DNA from: a virus
IMG/VR virus record: IMGVR_UViG_3300045988_134784
Span: 1-33,611 of that record
Length of the DNA stretch: 33,611 nt
Direction: 5' to 3' (one strand)
The stretch's first letter is position 1; each line of letters begins with the position of its first letter. Below the pieces are notes generated by a model. The model made no database searches, was not told where the DNA came from, and saw nothing but the letters and a program-made list of their open reading frames with translations. Position numbers and translations under genes: made by a program. This document shows positions 22,277-30,201 of the stretch, piece by piece.

Positions 22277-22918
22277 CTATTCAGATAATTCAGCTTCATT
22301 TTTGAGTAAAAGGATTAATCGTCTCGTCTGTATTAAGCTCTTCAGAAGTTTCCTCCTTTCCAGTTTGTCCCTGGTTTTCCTTAGTCTCTTCTTCATCTCC
22401 CTTTCCGAAGAGTGTAGGGTACTCAGCGTTGATACTTGCAATAAGTTTACAAAAAAAAACATTATGTCTGAAAATATATCTATTGTTAGATGAGTATTTA
22501 AGAATTCTGCCTCATCAATAGGGTCATAATCTTCTCCATACTTCTTTCCATTAGGTAGTAAGAAACAAGCTGCTAGATTAGGCATAAAATCATCATACTG
22601 CTTATAAAAATTCTGAAAGTCAATATATTGACTGGCCGTCATCTTATTAACATTAAAAAAGACTTTATATTCTTTATTACCAATATTATAAGTAGTTTCT
22701 GGGGTTTTTGGCTTATATGGAGTCTCTATAAATTTAAGATTATTTATAAACTCTTGTAGCTTGTTTACTTCCATATTAGTTATATCTTCTATAGGTATAT
22801 CACTAAGTACAGATACCATAGCTAAATTCATATCTAATTCATTTTCCCAGTCTTTTCGTATTATCTCAAACAGTCTTTTATAATGAGATAAATCCATTTC
22901 ATTCCAATTCTTTATCAT
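22277..22918 (-). CDS. hypothetical protein (213 aa)
   Basis: Intact ORF. The start overlaps the terL stop as TAATG (22916-22920), and it ends at TAG 22277-22279. Basic helical C-terminus; no family recognised. Confidence 0.6.
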   Translation of the reverse strand: MIKNWNEMDLSHYKRLFEIIRKDWENELDMNLAMVSVLSDIPIEDITNMEVNKLQEFINNLKFIETPYKPKTPETTYNIGNKEYKVFFNVNKMTASQYIDFQNFYKQYDDFMPNLAACFLLPNGKKYGEDYDPIDEAEFLNTHLTIDIFSDIMFFFVNLLQVSTLSTLHSSEREMKKRLRKTRDKLERRKLLKSLIQTRRLILLLKNEAELSE

Positions 22919-24201
22919 TATTTAATTGCAATATTATAAGTTCCTTTATTTGTATTTAAAGCATCATAAGCTAACATTAAAGATATACAAGTATCATCAT
23001 TAAATCCAGATGGAGCATTATAACTAACATTTCCAGTCTTTGGATTATAACTGGCTTCATATAGTCTTAATTCATTTAATAGTTTATCATCCTTTAAAAT
23101 ACCAATCTTTTCGTTTTCTAATGCAGCTTGTAGCTTATTTACAATAGCTGCCTTAGACTTATTAGTAGTTAAGAATCGTATAATCCTGATTTTCGGATTC
23201 TTCCGAACTAACATATCATAGAAGACACTACCTATTGAGTTTTGTTCGACTTGAACTATCTTTATAAATCCCTGATACTCAGTGAATATATTTGTCAGTA
23301 AATCAACTTGTTCTGTTGGAGTTTTGTCGTTAAAATACTTTATAAAGACCATCTGCCCATTTTCATTTAAAGCTGTAATACAGGTATAGTCTTTACCAGA
23401 ACCAGTAGCCCAGTCAACTCCAATATAAAGATTATGATATTCAGGTTTTTTATCAATTATGCAGTTAGATATATTATTAAAGAGACAACCATCATCATCT
23501 GCAAACTCCCCAAGATATTCAGTTCTAAATTTATTTTTAGAGGTTGTAAGGCGATACATTTCAAGTTTATCCTCACTCAATAGCATAGAGGTATCTTCTA
23601 ATGCTCAATCAAAGGATTGATAATATTTGCTAAAATTGCCATCAAAGCCTTTTTTAAAACATTCATAAAAGAATCCTTCTCTAAACCTTGGAGTACTAAT
23701 TATAAGTATCGGAGCATTCCATACATCAGTGGTAGGCTTAATAATTTCAAATACTTCATCTTTAAGATAAGCTGCCTCATCAAGTACTAATAATCCACTG
23801 ACTGAGAATCCTCGTAATGAATCCATTTGTTCTCCAGATCTAAATAGTATAGAACTGCCATTATTAAACTCTAATTCTAATAAGGTTTCATTCTTTCTCC
23901 TTAATATATCAGAGTCTATAACAGCTTGTACAAGTTCTTTAAATACCTTTCTGGATTGTCCAAGAGTTGGTTCAACTATACAATTAACACTCCCAGGATA
24001 ATTTATAGCGAATCTCAATAATTCATTTTCTGCTAAGAATGATTTGCCTACCTGTCTCTTTGCTTTAATTGTAAAGATTCTACCAGACCTATATGAGTCA
24101 TTCATAGCAGTATGTACCTTTAATTGATAGATAAATGGGCTATATCCTTTATATATTTTTGTCATTGTTAATTGGATCTCCAAATTTAAACTGGACTTCA
24201 T
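22918..24201 (-). CDS. terL: terminase large subunit (427 aa from ATG 24201, or 415 aa from ATG 24165; 1 sense TGA)
   Basis: Track ORFs 23605-24201 and 22918-23586 are one frame joined by TGA 23605-23607 (...YYQSFD[W]ALEDTSMLLSEDK...). Walker A AKRQVGKS, Walker B LLVLDEAAY, and a C-terminal RNaseH-like nuclease half (IGVDWATGSGKDYT...NDDTCISL). Confidence 0.9.
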
Positions 24202-24592
24202 TATTCTGAATAGCTACAATAGTCTCAGGTTGATTTAATCCAAACATACTATTTATAGTCTTAATAATCTCATTTGCAGCTCTAATATCTCCCTTACTAA
24301 TAGCAGTATCCAGTAATGATTCCAATCTTGATAATTGTATATGTCTAAGATTTTTTATAAGGTTATCATTCTTTTCAGCAATTATCTTATAAGCTTCTCC
24401 AATATATCTTGCAGCTGTTGATTGGCTTACATTATATTTACTTTGGAGTTCTTCACTTACTTTATTCCTTGACCATCCTTTGTTAAATAACCTTGCAGCA
24501 TAAAGATATTTAGTCTTTACTTCGTCTATTTGCTCCTTTTCTACCTCTTCCTTTTTCGGTCTCCCTACTTTCTTCTTTATTTGCTCCTTCAT
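24149..24592 (-). CDS. putative terminase small subunit (147 aa)
   Basis: Lies immediately upstream of terL and overlaps it. Has an N-terminal basic/HTH-like segment (KKKVGRPKK...GWSRNKVSEELQSKYNVSQSTAARYI) followed by a helical oligomerisation-like region. The first ATG is at 24590-24592; the track start 24598 is a TTG. Confidence 0.6.
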   Translation of the reverse strand: MKEQIKKKVGRPKKEEVEKEQIDEVKTKYLYAARLFNKGWSRNKVSEELQSKYNVSQSTAARYIGEAYKIIAEKNDNLIKNLRHIQLSRLESLLDTAISKGDIRAANEIIKTINSMFGLNQPETIVAIQNNEVQFKFGDPINNDKNI

Positions 24593-24842
24593 CCTCAATA
24601 GTTTTTAGTTTTTCAACATATTCAAAGTAGTAAACTCCAAGTCTCTTTATAAGGTTAAGAACACAAGTTCCGCAGTTTATATTCATTTTATATGGCTGCT
24701 CTATTAGTTCCTCATAAATAGCTCTCATTCTTTCAGTATCTTCCTTTTGGATATTACGACAATAGTTAGCTCTAACAGCACATTTAAACCTATTATCGAA
24801 TTTACTTAAATATTCATACTGTTCTTTTGTTAATTCTTTCAT
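24510..24842 (-). CDS. hypothetical Cys-containing small protein (110 aa)
   Basis: Intact ORF with KCAVRANYC ... CGTC (a possible zinc-binding quartet). Its basic tail overlaps the TerS start by about 80 nt. Confidence 0.45.
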   Translation of the reverse strand: MKELTKEQYEYLSKFDNRFKCAVRANYCRNIQKEDTERMRAIYEELIEQPYKMNINCGTCVLNLIKRLGVYYFEYVEKLKTIEDEGANKEESRETEKGRGRKGANRRSKD

Positions 24843-24864
24843 TTTTATTTAAAATATATTATTT

Positions 24865-25197
24865 TTAATCCAAGTATTTATAAACTATATCTATTAGTTT
24901 GGTAATCATATCTTTAATTAGAATCATACAATCCTTTATAATAAAATTATAAAAAGCAATAACTAGCACTAAGAATATATTTATCTGAGTAAATCCCAAC
25001 CAAAATAAGCTTATAAGACCTATTCAAGTTCCTAAGCACCACTCACATCCTCAAGGTTTAGACATCCAATTCTCATTAAAAGGCATTTTACCATATAAAC
25101 GCTCCCATATCTTCTTTCTAATTAGAACATCTATACCAGACATTACATATATTATTACTATAAAATTAATCAATAGAATACTTCCAAATATACCCAT
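24865..25197 (-). CDS. small integral membrane protein, DUF1360-like (110 aa, 2 sense TGA); absent from the ORF track
   Basis: ATG 25195-25197, TAA 24865-24867. Product MGIFGSILLINFIVIIYV...MSKP[W]GCEWCLGT[W]IGLISLFWLGF...VLVIAFYNFII has three hydrophobic helices and a CxWC...W motif as I recall it for DUF1360. An alternative start at 25143 would remove the overlap with the HNH gene. Confidence 0.5.
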
Positions 25198-25714
25198 AGC
25201 TAATATTATTTTTTAATTTATTATTGCAACACTTACTTATCTGACCATTATCATATCCTTTTACTCTACGTATCTCTCTTATAGAAGGCCATATCTTAAT
25301 AAGAGTTCCATCTAAACTATATTGGTAAACTTTTTTACTTCGTTTGTTTTGTAAGTTAACACCTCTTTTTAAATGAGAATCATTATATGTATTATTATAA
25401 CTGGCAGTACATCATTCTAAATTGTCTGCAGAGTTATTTAACTTGTTTTCATCTTTGTGATTCACTATAGGTAAATTATATGGATTTTCTATAAAACATT
25501 CTGCAACTAACCTATTAACTCTAAAATTCTTTGATTTACCATCAATACTTAAAGTTACATAATAGTATTGCCTAATAATGTGTTGTTTTAACTCTTTACT
25601 ATCATAATGATGTCTTCTTCCATCTTTATATAATACATCTCTTTCTGTAGTCCTAACTTTTCCTGTATTACTTACTTCAATGTTATAATCTTTATACTTC
25701 TTCCAAACTTCCAT
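25166..25714 (-). CDS. HNH homing endonuclease with N-terminal NUMOD4-like motif, copy 1 (182 aa, 1 sense TGA)
   Basis: WKKYKDYNIEVSNTGKVRT (NUMOD4-like), then RLVAECF...VNHKDENKLNNSADNLE[TGA 25412]CT (HNH_3-type). The C-terminal DNA-binding tail YQYSLDGTLIKIWPSIREI...YGYIWKYSID is shared with the GIY-YIG genes. TAA 25166-25168. Confidence 0.85.
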
Positions 25715-25958
25715 AACATATTTTGTTTCTAATGTTAGTTATTGTCCTTGCTATAGTCGTATGACTAATTCCCAGAATCTTCCCAACTTCTCTATAACTT
25801 CGATATTCAGCATATAAGATAATTATGGTCTTATCTGCTCTATTTAATGCCTCTCATTTCGGATAAATTGCAAGTAATCTATCATCCATCTCTGTAAAGG
25901 TATCTATTTCAAAGTTATACTCAATTAATAAATCATCAATATTAATCTTCTGCTTCAT
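25692..25958 (-). CDS. sigma-70 region-4-like HTH protein (88 aa, 1 sense TGA); absent from the ORF track
   Basis: ATG 25956-25958, TGA 25854-25856, TAA 25692-25694. ...LNRADKTIIILYAEYRSYREVGKILGISHTTIARTITNIRNKI resembles sigma region 4.2 / LuxR-type HTH. Confidence 0.5.
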
Positions 25959-26250
25959 TTAACCAATCCTCTAAATTATCCGTTTGTTGTTCTAATGGCT
26001 CTTTAAATATCTCATAGTACTTTTTATATTGGTAGTAGTATCTACTATTCTTTGAAAACCAATTATTCTTAAATACTCTTGTAATCCAATACTTCAGCTC
26101 ATTCTTACTATCTAATGACTGAAGCTTGGAATTAGATGTTTCCAGAAGTGCAATGCAGACCATTTGTGTGCAATCGTCATCTGCACCAAATTTTTCTTTT
26201 AACTCCATAATAAACGGATAGTATTTCTCTATTATTTCATTGTTATTCAT
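25942..26250 (-). CDS. sigma-70 region-2-like protein (102 aa)
   Basis: Intact ORF. ...DDCTQMVCIALLE...NELKYWITRVFKNNWFSKNSRYY resembles the ECF sigma region 2 pattern (D..Q......f..WL..I..N...D..R). It ends 17 nt inside the next ORF, in a different frame. Confidence 0.45.
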   Translation of the reverse strand: MNNNEIIEKYYPFIMELKEKFGADDDCTQMVCIALLETSNSKLQSLDSKNELKYWITRVFKNNWFSKNSRYYYQYKKYYEIFKEPLEQQTDNLEDWLNEAED

Positions 26251-26734
26251 ATTCCCAAATAAACCCTCCAGCTGTTTTTCGCTGACCTTTAAGAACTTTT
26301 ACAATGTTTCTGGATTGTATATTAAGTCCCCGTTCAGCATCTATTGCGGAATCTCATCTCTTAATCAAACTTCCATCTAATGATAGCTGTCTAATTGCTT
26401 TCTTATGAGAAATTCCTACTTTAATATTATGACTGCCATAATTATTGTTATATTCATAAGTACAGTACTCTAAATTATCTAAGTTATTATTTAGCTTATT
26501 TTCATCCTTATGGTTAATACATAAGTCACTTTTACCTATGAAAACTTCTGCCACTAGTCTATGTATTAGATATTTCTTTTGCCCAAACTGATTATATAAA
26601 GTAACATAATAATATCCACTATTTTGGAGTTGAGGTTTGATATTTTTCGGAACTGAGGTTCTAGTACTCCAGACCGAACCGTCAGTTCCTATTAAATAGT
26701 TTTCATATCCAGGTATTGCCTTATATGTCGTCAT
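26243..26734 (-). CDS. HNH homing endonuclease with NUMOD4-like motif, copy 2 (163 aa, 1 sense TGA)
   Basis: YKAIPGYENYLIGTDGSVWS (NUMOD4-like), then RLVAEVF...INHKDENKLNNNLDNLEYCT (HNH). It continues through TGA 26354-26356 (...LDGSLIKR[W]DSAIDAERG...AGGFIWEYE) to TAA 26243-26245. Confidence 0.85.
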
Positions 26735-27158
26735 TTCTTATATAATTACTAAAAGTTGTGTCTATTTCTAATTTAATTGCTTTCTTTAAAGATAACTCTG
26801 TTTTTAAAGAGTATTTATATTCTCCTCCAAAATCAGTTGTACTTCTTCCATATTTCATTGAATCTTTAATGAAAGCTCTTTTTACATCTTTATAAATATA
26901 AACTCCATCATCAAATATAATGACTAATATAGAGTTACATTTACTAAGTATATCAAATTTATCTCTATTAATAATAGTAGTTGGATATTTATTAGAATTA
27001 AATCTTCTTCTTTTAACTTCTATTATATAATCAATTCCATTCCAATTAAATGTTCCATCATATCTGGAATAATCGTCTTTACATCATTCTATTTCTATAT
27101 TATATTTATCTTTAAATAGATTCTTTATAAAGACTAAACTTCTTATATCTGTTTTCAT
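26721..27158 (-). CDS. putative PD-(D/E)xK-type nuclease (145 aa, 1 sense TGA); absent from the ORF track
   Basis: ATG 27156-27158, TGA 27084-27086, TAA 26721-26723. ...SRYDGTFNWNGIDYIIEVKRRRF... fits a D...(D/E)xK arrangement. The assignment is tentative. Confidence 0.4.
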
Positions 27159-27167
27159 TATCTTACA

Positions 27168-27407
27168 TTATCTTACATTATGAATTTTTAAGGTTACATC
27201 ACAATACTGTTCATATAATTCAGATACTTCTGAACTTCCAGGATTATACCACATTACAGAGTCTAATTTATGCTGAAGTTCTGCCTGTTCTAATCTAAGC
27301 TCAAATGTTTTAGTTTGGTAGTCTCCATAAGCATTATATACTCTAATACCAGCTATAATAAAGCTAAGTACTAATAATCCAGCTAATATTTTATTTATCT
27401 TTTTCAT
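27168..27407 (-). CDS. small membrane-anchored protein (79 aa)
   Basis: MKKINKILAGLLVLSFIIAGI (N-terminal TM/signal anchor) followed by a helical ectodomain. The track start at 27449 overlaps the upstream gene and is unlikely to be used. Confidence 0.55.
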   Translation of the reverse strand: MKKINKILAGLLVLSFIIAGIRVYNAYGDYQTKTFELRLEQAELQHKLDSVMWYNPGSSEVSELYEQYCDVTLKIHNVR

Positions 27408-27418
27408 AATTAAATATA

Positions 27419-27598
27419 TTAGAAAGAAATACCTAAACCAAAAAACCAAGAGGATTTCTTTACCTTTTCATTGGTTTCAATCTCCTTTAATGCCTCATTA
27501 CATAATTCTTGAGCTTTCTCAATAGAACCATCTTCAGTAATCTTACCATCTAATATATCAAGAAAATATTCAAGTGCTTCAATTTGTTTAGTTTTCAT
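27419..27598 (-). CDS. hypothetical small protein (59 aa), first gene of the minus-strand unit
   Basis: ATG 27596-27598, TAA 27419-27421. Product MKTKQIEALEYFLDILDGKITEDGSIEKAQELCNEALKEIETNEKVKKSSWFFGLGISF. Below the track size cut-off. Confidence 0.45.
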   Translation of the reverse strand: MKTKQIEALEYFLDILDGKITEDGSIEKAQELCNEALKEIETNEKVKKSSWFFGLGISF

Positions 27599-27644
27599 AA
27601 TTTATAAAGTTTAATTGTTAATATTATGTCTTACTTTCATAGTA

Positions 27645-27676
27645 CAAATATACAACAAAAAATTCCAATTTCCAAA
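27645..27676 (-). promoter_or_regulatory. Bacteroidota-type promoter candidate (TTTG-N20-TATATTTG) for the minus-strand unit
   Basis: On the minus strand, TTTG is at 27676-27673 and TATATTTG at 27652-27645, with 20 nt between them. It lies about 45 nt upstream of ATG 27598. Confidence 0.5.
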
Positions 27677-27752
27677 TTTTTTAGGTATTATTTTTATTAT
27701 TTTCAAAAAAATATTACTATTTGTATTTTTATTATATATTAATAAAAACAAT

Positions 27753-28238
27753 ATGATTTACGTAATTAAATTAACTAAAACGAATTTTATTAAGGTTGGT
27801 TACACTACTAATATAAGTGGCAGACTAACTGCTTATAAAAATACTATTCCAAATGAAATGATAGAATTTTTTATAGCAAAAGAAGGAACTAGAGATGATG
27901 AAAATTATTATAGAGATAAATATAGAGCATATAAAACTAAGAGTAATTCAGAATGGTTAAAACTTCCAGATGAATTAATTGTAGAGCTATTATCAGATTT
28001 TAAGAGTGCAAATAATATAAAAATAAATAAACAAAGCAAAAAAGAATGATATAACGAGAATATAGATAAATTAGTAGAATTGTGCTTATCTGGAGTATCA
28101 TTAAATAGAGCTGCAATTCAATTAAATGCACTAAATTGAGATTGAATAAAATATGCTAATCAAAGATATGAAAAAGAGAATGGTAAAAAATTAACAAAAC
28201 TTTGGGTAAGAAAAATCAAGAAAAGTTTTGTAGAATAA
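27753..28238 (+). CDS. T5orf172 (GIY-YIG-superfamily) domain protein with C-terminal HTH-like region (161 aa, 3 sense TGA)
   Basis: ATG 27753 (MIYVIKLTKTNFIKVGYTTNISGRLTAY...SEWLKLPDELI is the T5orf172 pattern). The track ORF stops at TGA 28047, but the frame continues ([W]YNENIDKLVELCLSGVSLNRAAIQLNALN[W]D[W]IKYANQRY...) to TAA 28236-28238. The track N-terminal extension from 27615 is low-complexity promoter DNA. Confidence 0.7.
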
Positions 28239-28257
28239 AAATTTATTATTATATTTG
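28227..28257 (+). promoter_or_regulatory. Bacteroidota-type promoter candidate P1 (TTTG-N19-TATATTTG)
   Basis: TTTG at 28227-28230 and TATATTTG at 28250-28257. No ORF follows before the terminator at 28365. Confidence 0.45.
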
Positions 28258-28304
28258 TAGTGTAAAGAAAAAAATAATTTTTTATTAAAATAATACCCAA
28301 ATTA

Positions 28305-28336
28305 TTTGGAAGTATAAAAATAATGTATTATATTTG
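28305..28336 (+). promoter_or_regulatory. Bacteroidota-type promoter candidate P2 (TTTG-N20-TATATTTG)
   Basis: TTTG at 28305-28308 and TATATTTG at 28329-28336, about 30 nt upstream of the terminator hairpin. Confidence 0.45.
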
Positions 28337-28364
28337 CAGTATGAAACTAAAACTAATAATTCTA

Positions 28365-28390
28365 GGCAGGTGAAAGTCCTGCCACTTTTT
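28365..28390 (+). terminator. rho-independent-type terminator (ggcagg-tgaaagt-cctgcc-acttttt)
   Basis: Perfect 6-bp GC-rich stem 28365-28370 / 28378-28383, a 7-nt loop and the T-tract 28384-28390. Confidence 0.65.
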
Positions 28391-28399
28391 GAATCTTAC

Positions 28400-28449
28400 T
28401 GTCAAGTTTTTTACTCACTTTTAGTAGTAAGAAAATAAAAATATTGACA
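28400..28449 (+). repeat. 50-bp conserved intergenic element, copy C, immediately upstream of the helicase gene
   Basis: tgtcaagttttttactcacttttagtagtaagaaaataaaaatattgaca. It ends in TTGACA 30 nt before ATG 28480. The internal arms ttttttactcact / agtagtaagaaaa can pair. Confidence 0.8.
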
Positions 28450-28479
28450 AAAACTTTAACTATTTAAATTATTAAAATT

Positions 28480-30201
28480 ATGAAAACATATTTAAACAAT
28501 TTGATTAATGAGTTGCCAACTAACTGCTTATTTGATAAAGGAAAAGTTGGATGTGGAGGAACTTCAATGGCAATTGAATGTGATAAGCCTTATGTTATTT
28601 GTGTTCCATTTACAAGCTTAGTTGAAAATAAAATTCAACAATATCCAAATGAAAGACGTAAAGAGAAGATATTTGGAGTTTATGCTGGAGTTACTATTAA
28701 AGAGATTAAAGATTATGTAGATAGTGTTAAATGTCCTAAAATTATTGTTACATATAATTCACTACCAAAAGTTATTTCTGCTGTTAATACTAAAGAATAT
28801 AGTTTATTAGTAGATGAATATCATATACTATTTAATCAGTATAGCTTTAGAAAGGATGCGATTAAACCTGTTTTAGAGAATTATACATTATTTAAGGATT
28901 TTACATTTATGACTGCTACACCTCTTGAAGAAGAGTTTGTATTAGATGAATTAAAAGATTTAGAATTAGTAAAACAAGAATGGGATGATGTAATTGAAAC
29001 TAAAGTACAAGCTGTTAAATGTAAGAATGTTGAAGCTTCAACTATTAAATTAATTAATGCTGTTCTTAATAATCAGGTTGAAGGTAATGTTTATATATTT
29101 GTAAATTCTGTAGACTTTATAAAGAATCTTATTCAGAAAGCTAAACTTACAGAAGATAATACAAGAGTTATATATTCTAAAAACAATAAAACTAAATTAT
29201 CAATTCATAATTCTACAGTATTAGATGAACCTAAGAAAATAAATTTATTAACTTCAACAGTATTTGAAGGTTCTGATATTTATGATGAAAATGGAAGAAT
29301 TGTAGTAGTAAGTGATGCTCAAAAAGCTCAAACTCTTCTTGATATCTCTACTTCTATTCAGCAGATTGCAGGAAGAATTAGAAATAGTAAATATTTAAAC
29401 TGGATAACACATCTTTACTCAGCAACAAGATATGCAGATATTAGTTATGAAGACTTTAAAAAGAAGAATATTCAGAATATTGAGGAAACTAAGATTGCTG
29501 TAGATGCTTATAATTCAATGCCTGAAGTTGCAAGAAAGAAGCTTAAGGAATTTACATCTGATGCTTATATTCAAGTAAATGATAACTTTACTTTTACTTT
29601 TGATCCTAATATGGCCAAAGTGGACATATTTAACTTTAAAGTGACAAGAGGCTTATATTCTATTAGAACTAATCTTAATAAGGAATATATAAAGAATGGG
29701 TTTAAAAAAGTAGTAGAATGTGAAGATAATTCTATTAAGATTGATTTTGAATCTGATAATAAACCATTTAAAGATTTAATTAAAGAAGTAAGAGCTGAGT
29801 GGGAAAATAAGTTTAAATTAAACACTCCTATATTAAATGATGCTATTATTAAATATCCTTGGTTACCTGAAGCTATTAGTAAATTAGGATTTGAAAAGAT
29901 GGCAAGTTTAAAATATTGTATTTCAGATATTAAAGATGCCTTATTAAAAAAATCTAATAAAAGTGCAGATAACAAAGCCGCTAAGAAGTTGAATCAATCA
30001 GTTACTCTTGGAATGTGGTATTCTAATTCTGATATTAAAAAGTTTATTAAAGAAGCCTATGAAATTAGTGATATTACTATTACACCAAAAGCAACAGAAA
30101 TTAATAAATATTATGAAGTTAAAAAATGCCAGAAAAGAGTAAATGGTAAACAAACTGAAGGTTATGTAATTATTAATAAAAAATTTGTATTTAATAAATA
30201 A
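28480..30201 (+). CDS. superfamily-2 (DEAD/DEAH-like) helicase, probable replication protein (573 aa)
   Basis: Intact ORF with no TGA. Motif I GKVGCGGTS, motif II LLVDEYH, motif III MTATP, motif VI QQIAGRIRN. The C-terminal ~230 aa are unassigned. Confidence 0.8.
   Translation: MKTYLNNLINELPTNCLFDKGKVGCGGTSMAIECDKPYVICVPFTSLVENKIQQYPNERRKEKIFGVYAGVTIKEIKDYVDSVKCPKIIVTYNSLPKVISAVNTKEYSLLVDEYHILFNQYSFRKDAIKPVLENYTLFKDFTFMTATPLEEEFVLDELKDLELVKQEWDDVIETKVQAVKCKNVEASTIKLINAVLNNQVEGNVYIFVNSVDFIKNLIQKAKLTEDNTRVIYSKNNKTKLSIHNSTVLDEPKKINLLTSTVFEGSDIYDENGRIVVVSDAQKAQTLLDISTSIQQIAGRIRNSKYLNWITHLYSATRYADISYEDFKKKNIQNIEETKIAVDAYNSMPEVARKKLKEFTSDAYIQVNDNFTFTFDPNMAKVDIFNFKVTRGLYSIRTNLNKEYIKNGFKKVVECEDNSIKIDFESDNKPFKDLIKEVRAEWENKFKLNTPILNDAIIKYPWLPEAISKLGFEKMASLKYCISDIKDALLKKSNKSADNKAAKKLNQSVTLGMWYSNSDIKKFIKEAYEISDITITPKATEINKYYEVKKCQKRVNGKQTEGYVIINKKFVFNK

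Noticed and set aside
25942-25958. A programmed frameshift fusing the two sigma-like ORFs into one protein.
   Set aside because: In the downstream frame a TAA immediately precedes the ATG (ggt-taa-atg). The permitted shift window is therefore only six codons and has no slippery sequence, so two separate products are more likely. The case stays open as a finding.
27615-27752. The long N-terminal extension of the plus-strand ORF (MLILCLTFIVQIYNKKFQFPNF...).
   Set aside because: It is translated from the AT-rich divergent promoter region. The T5orf172 domain begins exactly at the internal ATG 27753 (MIYVIKL...).
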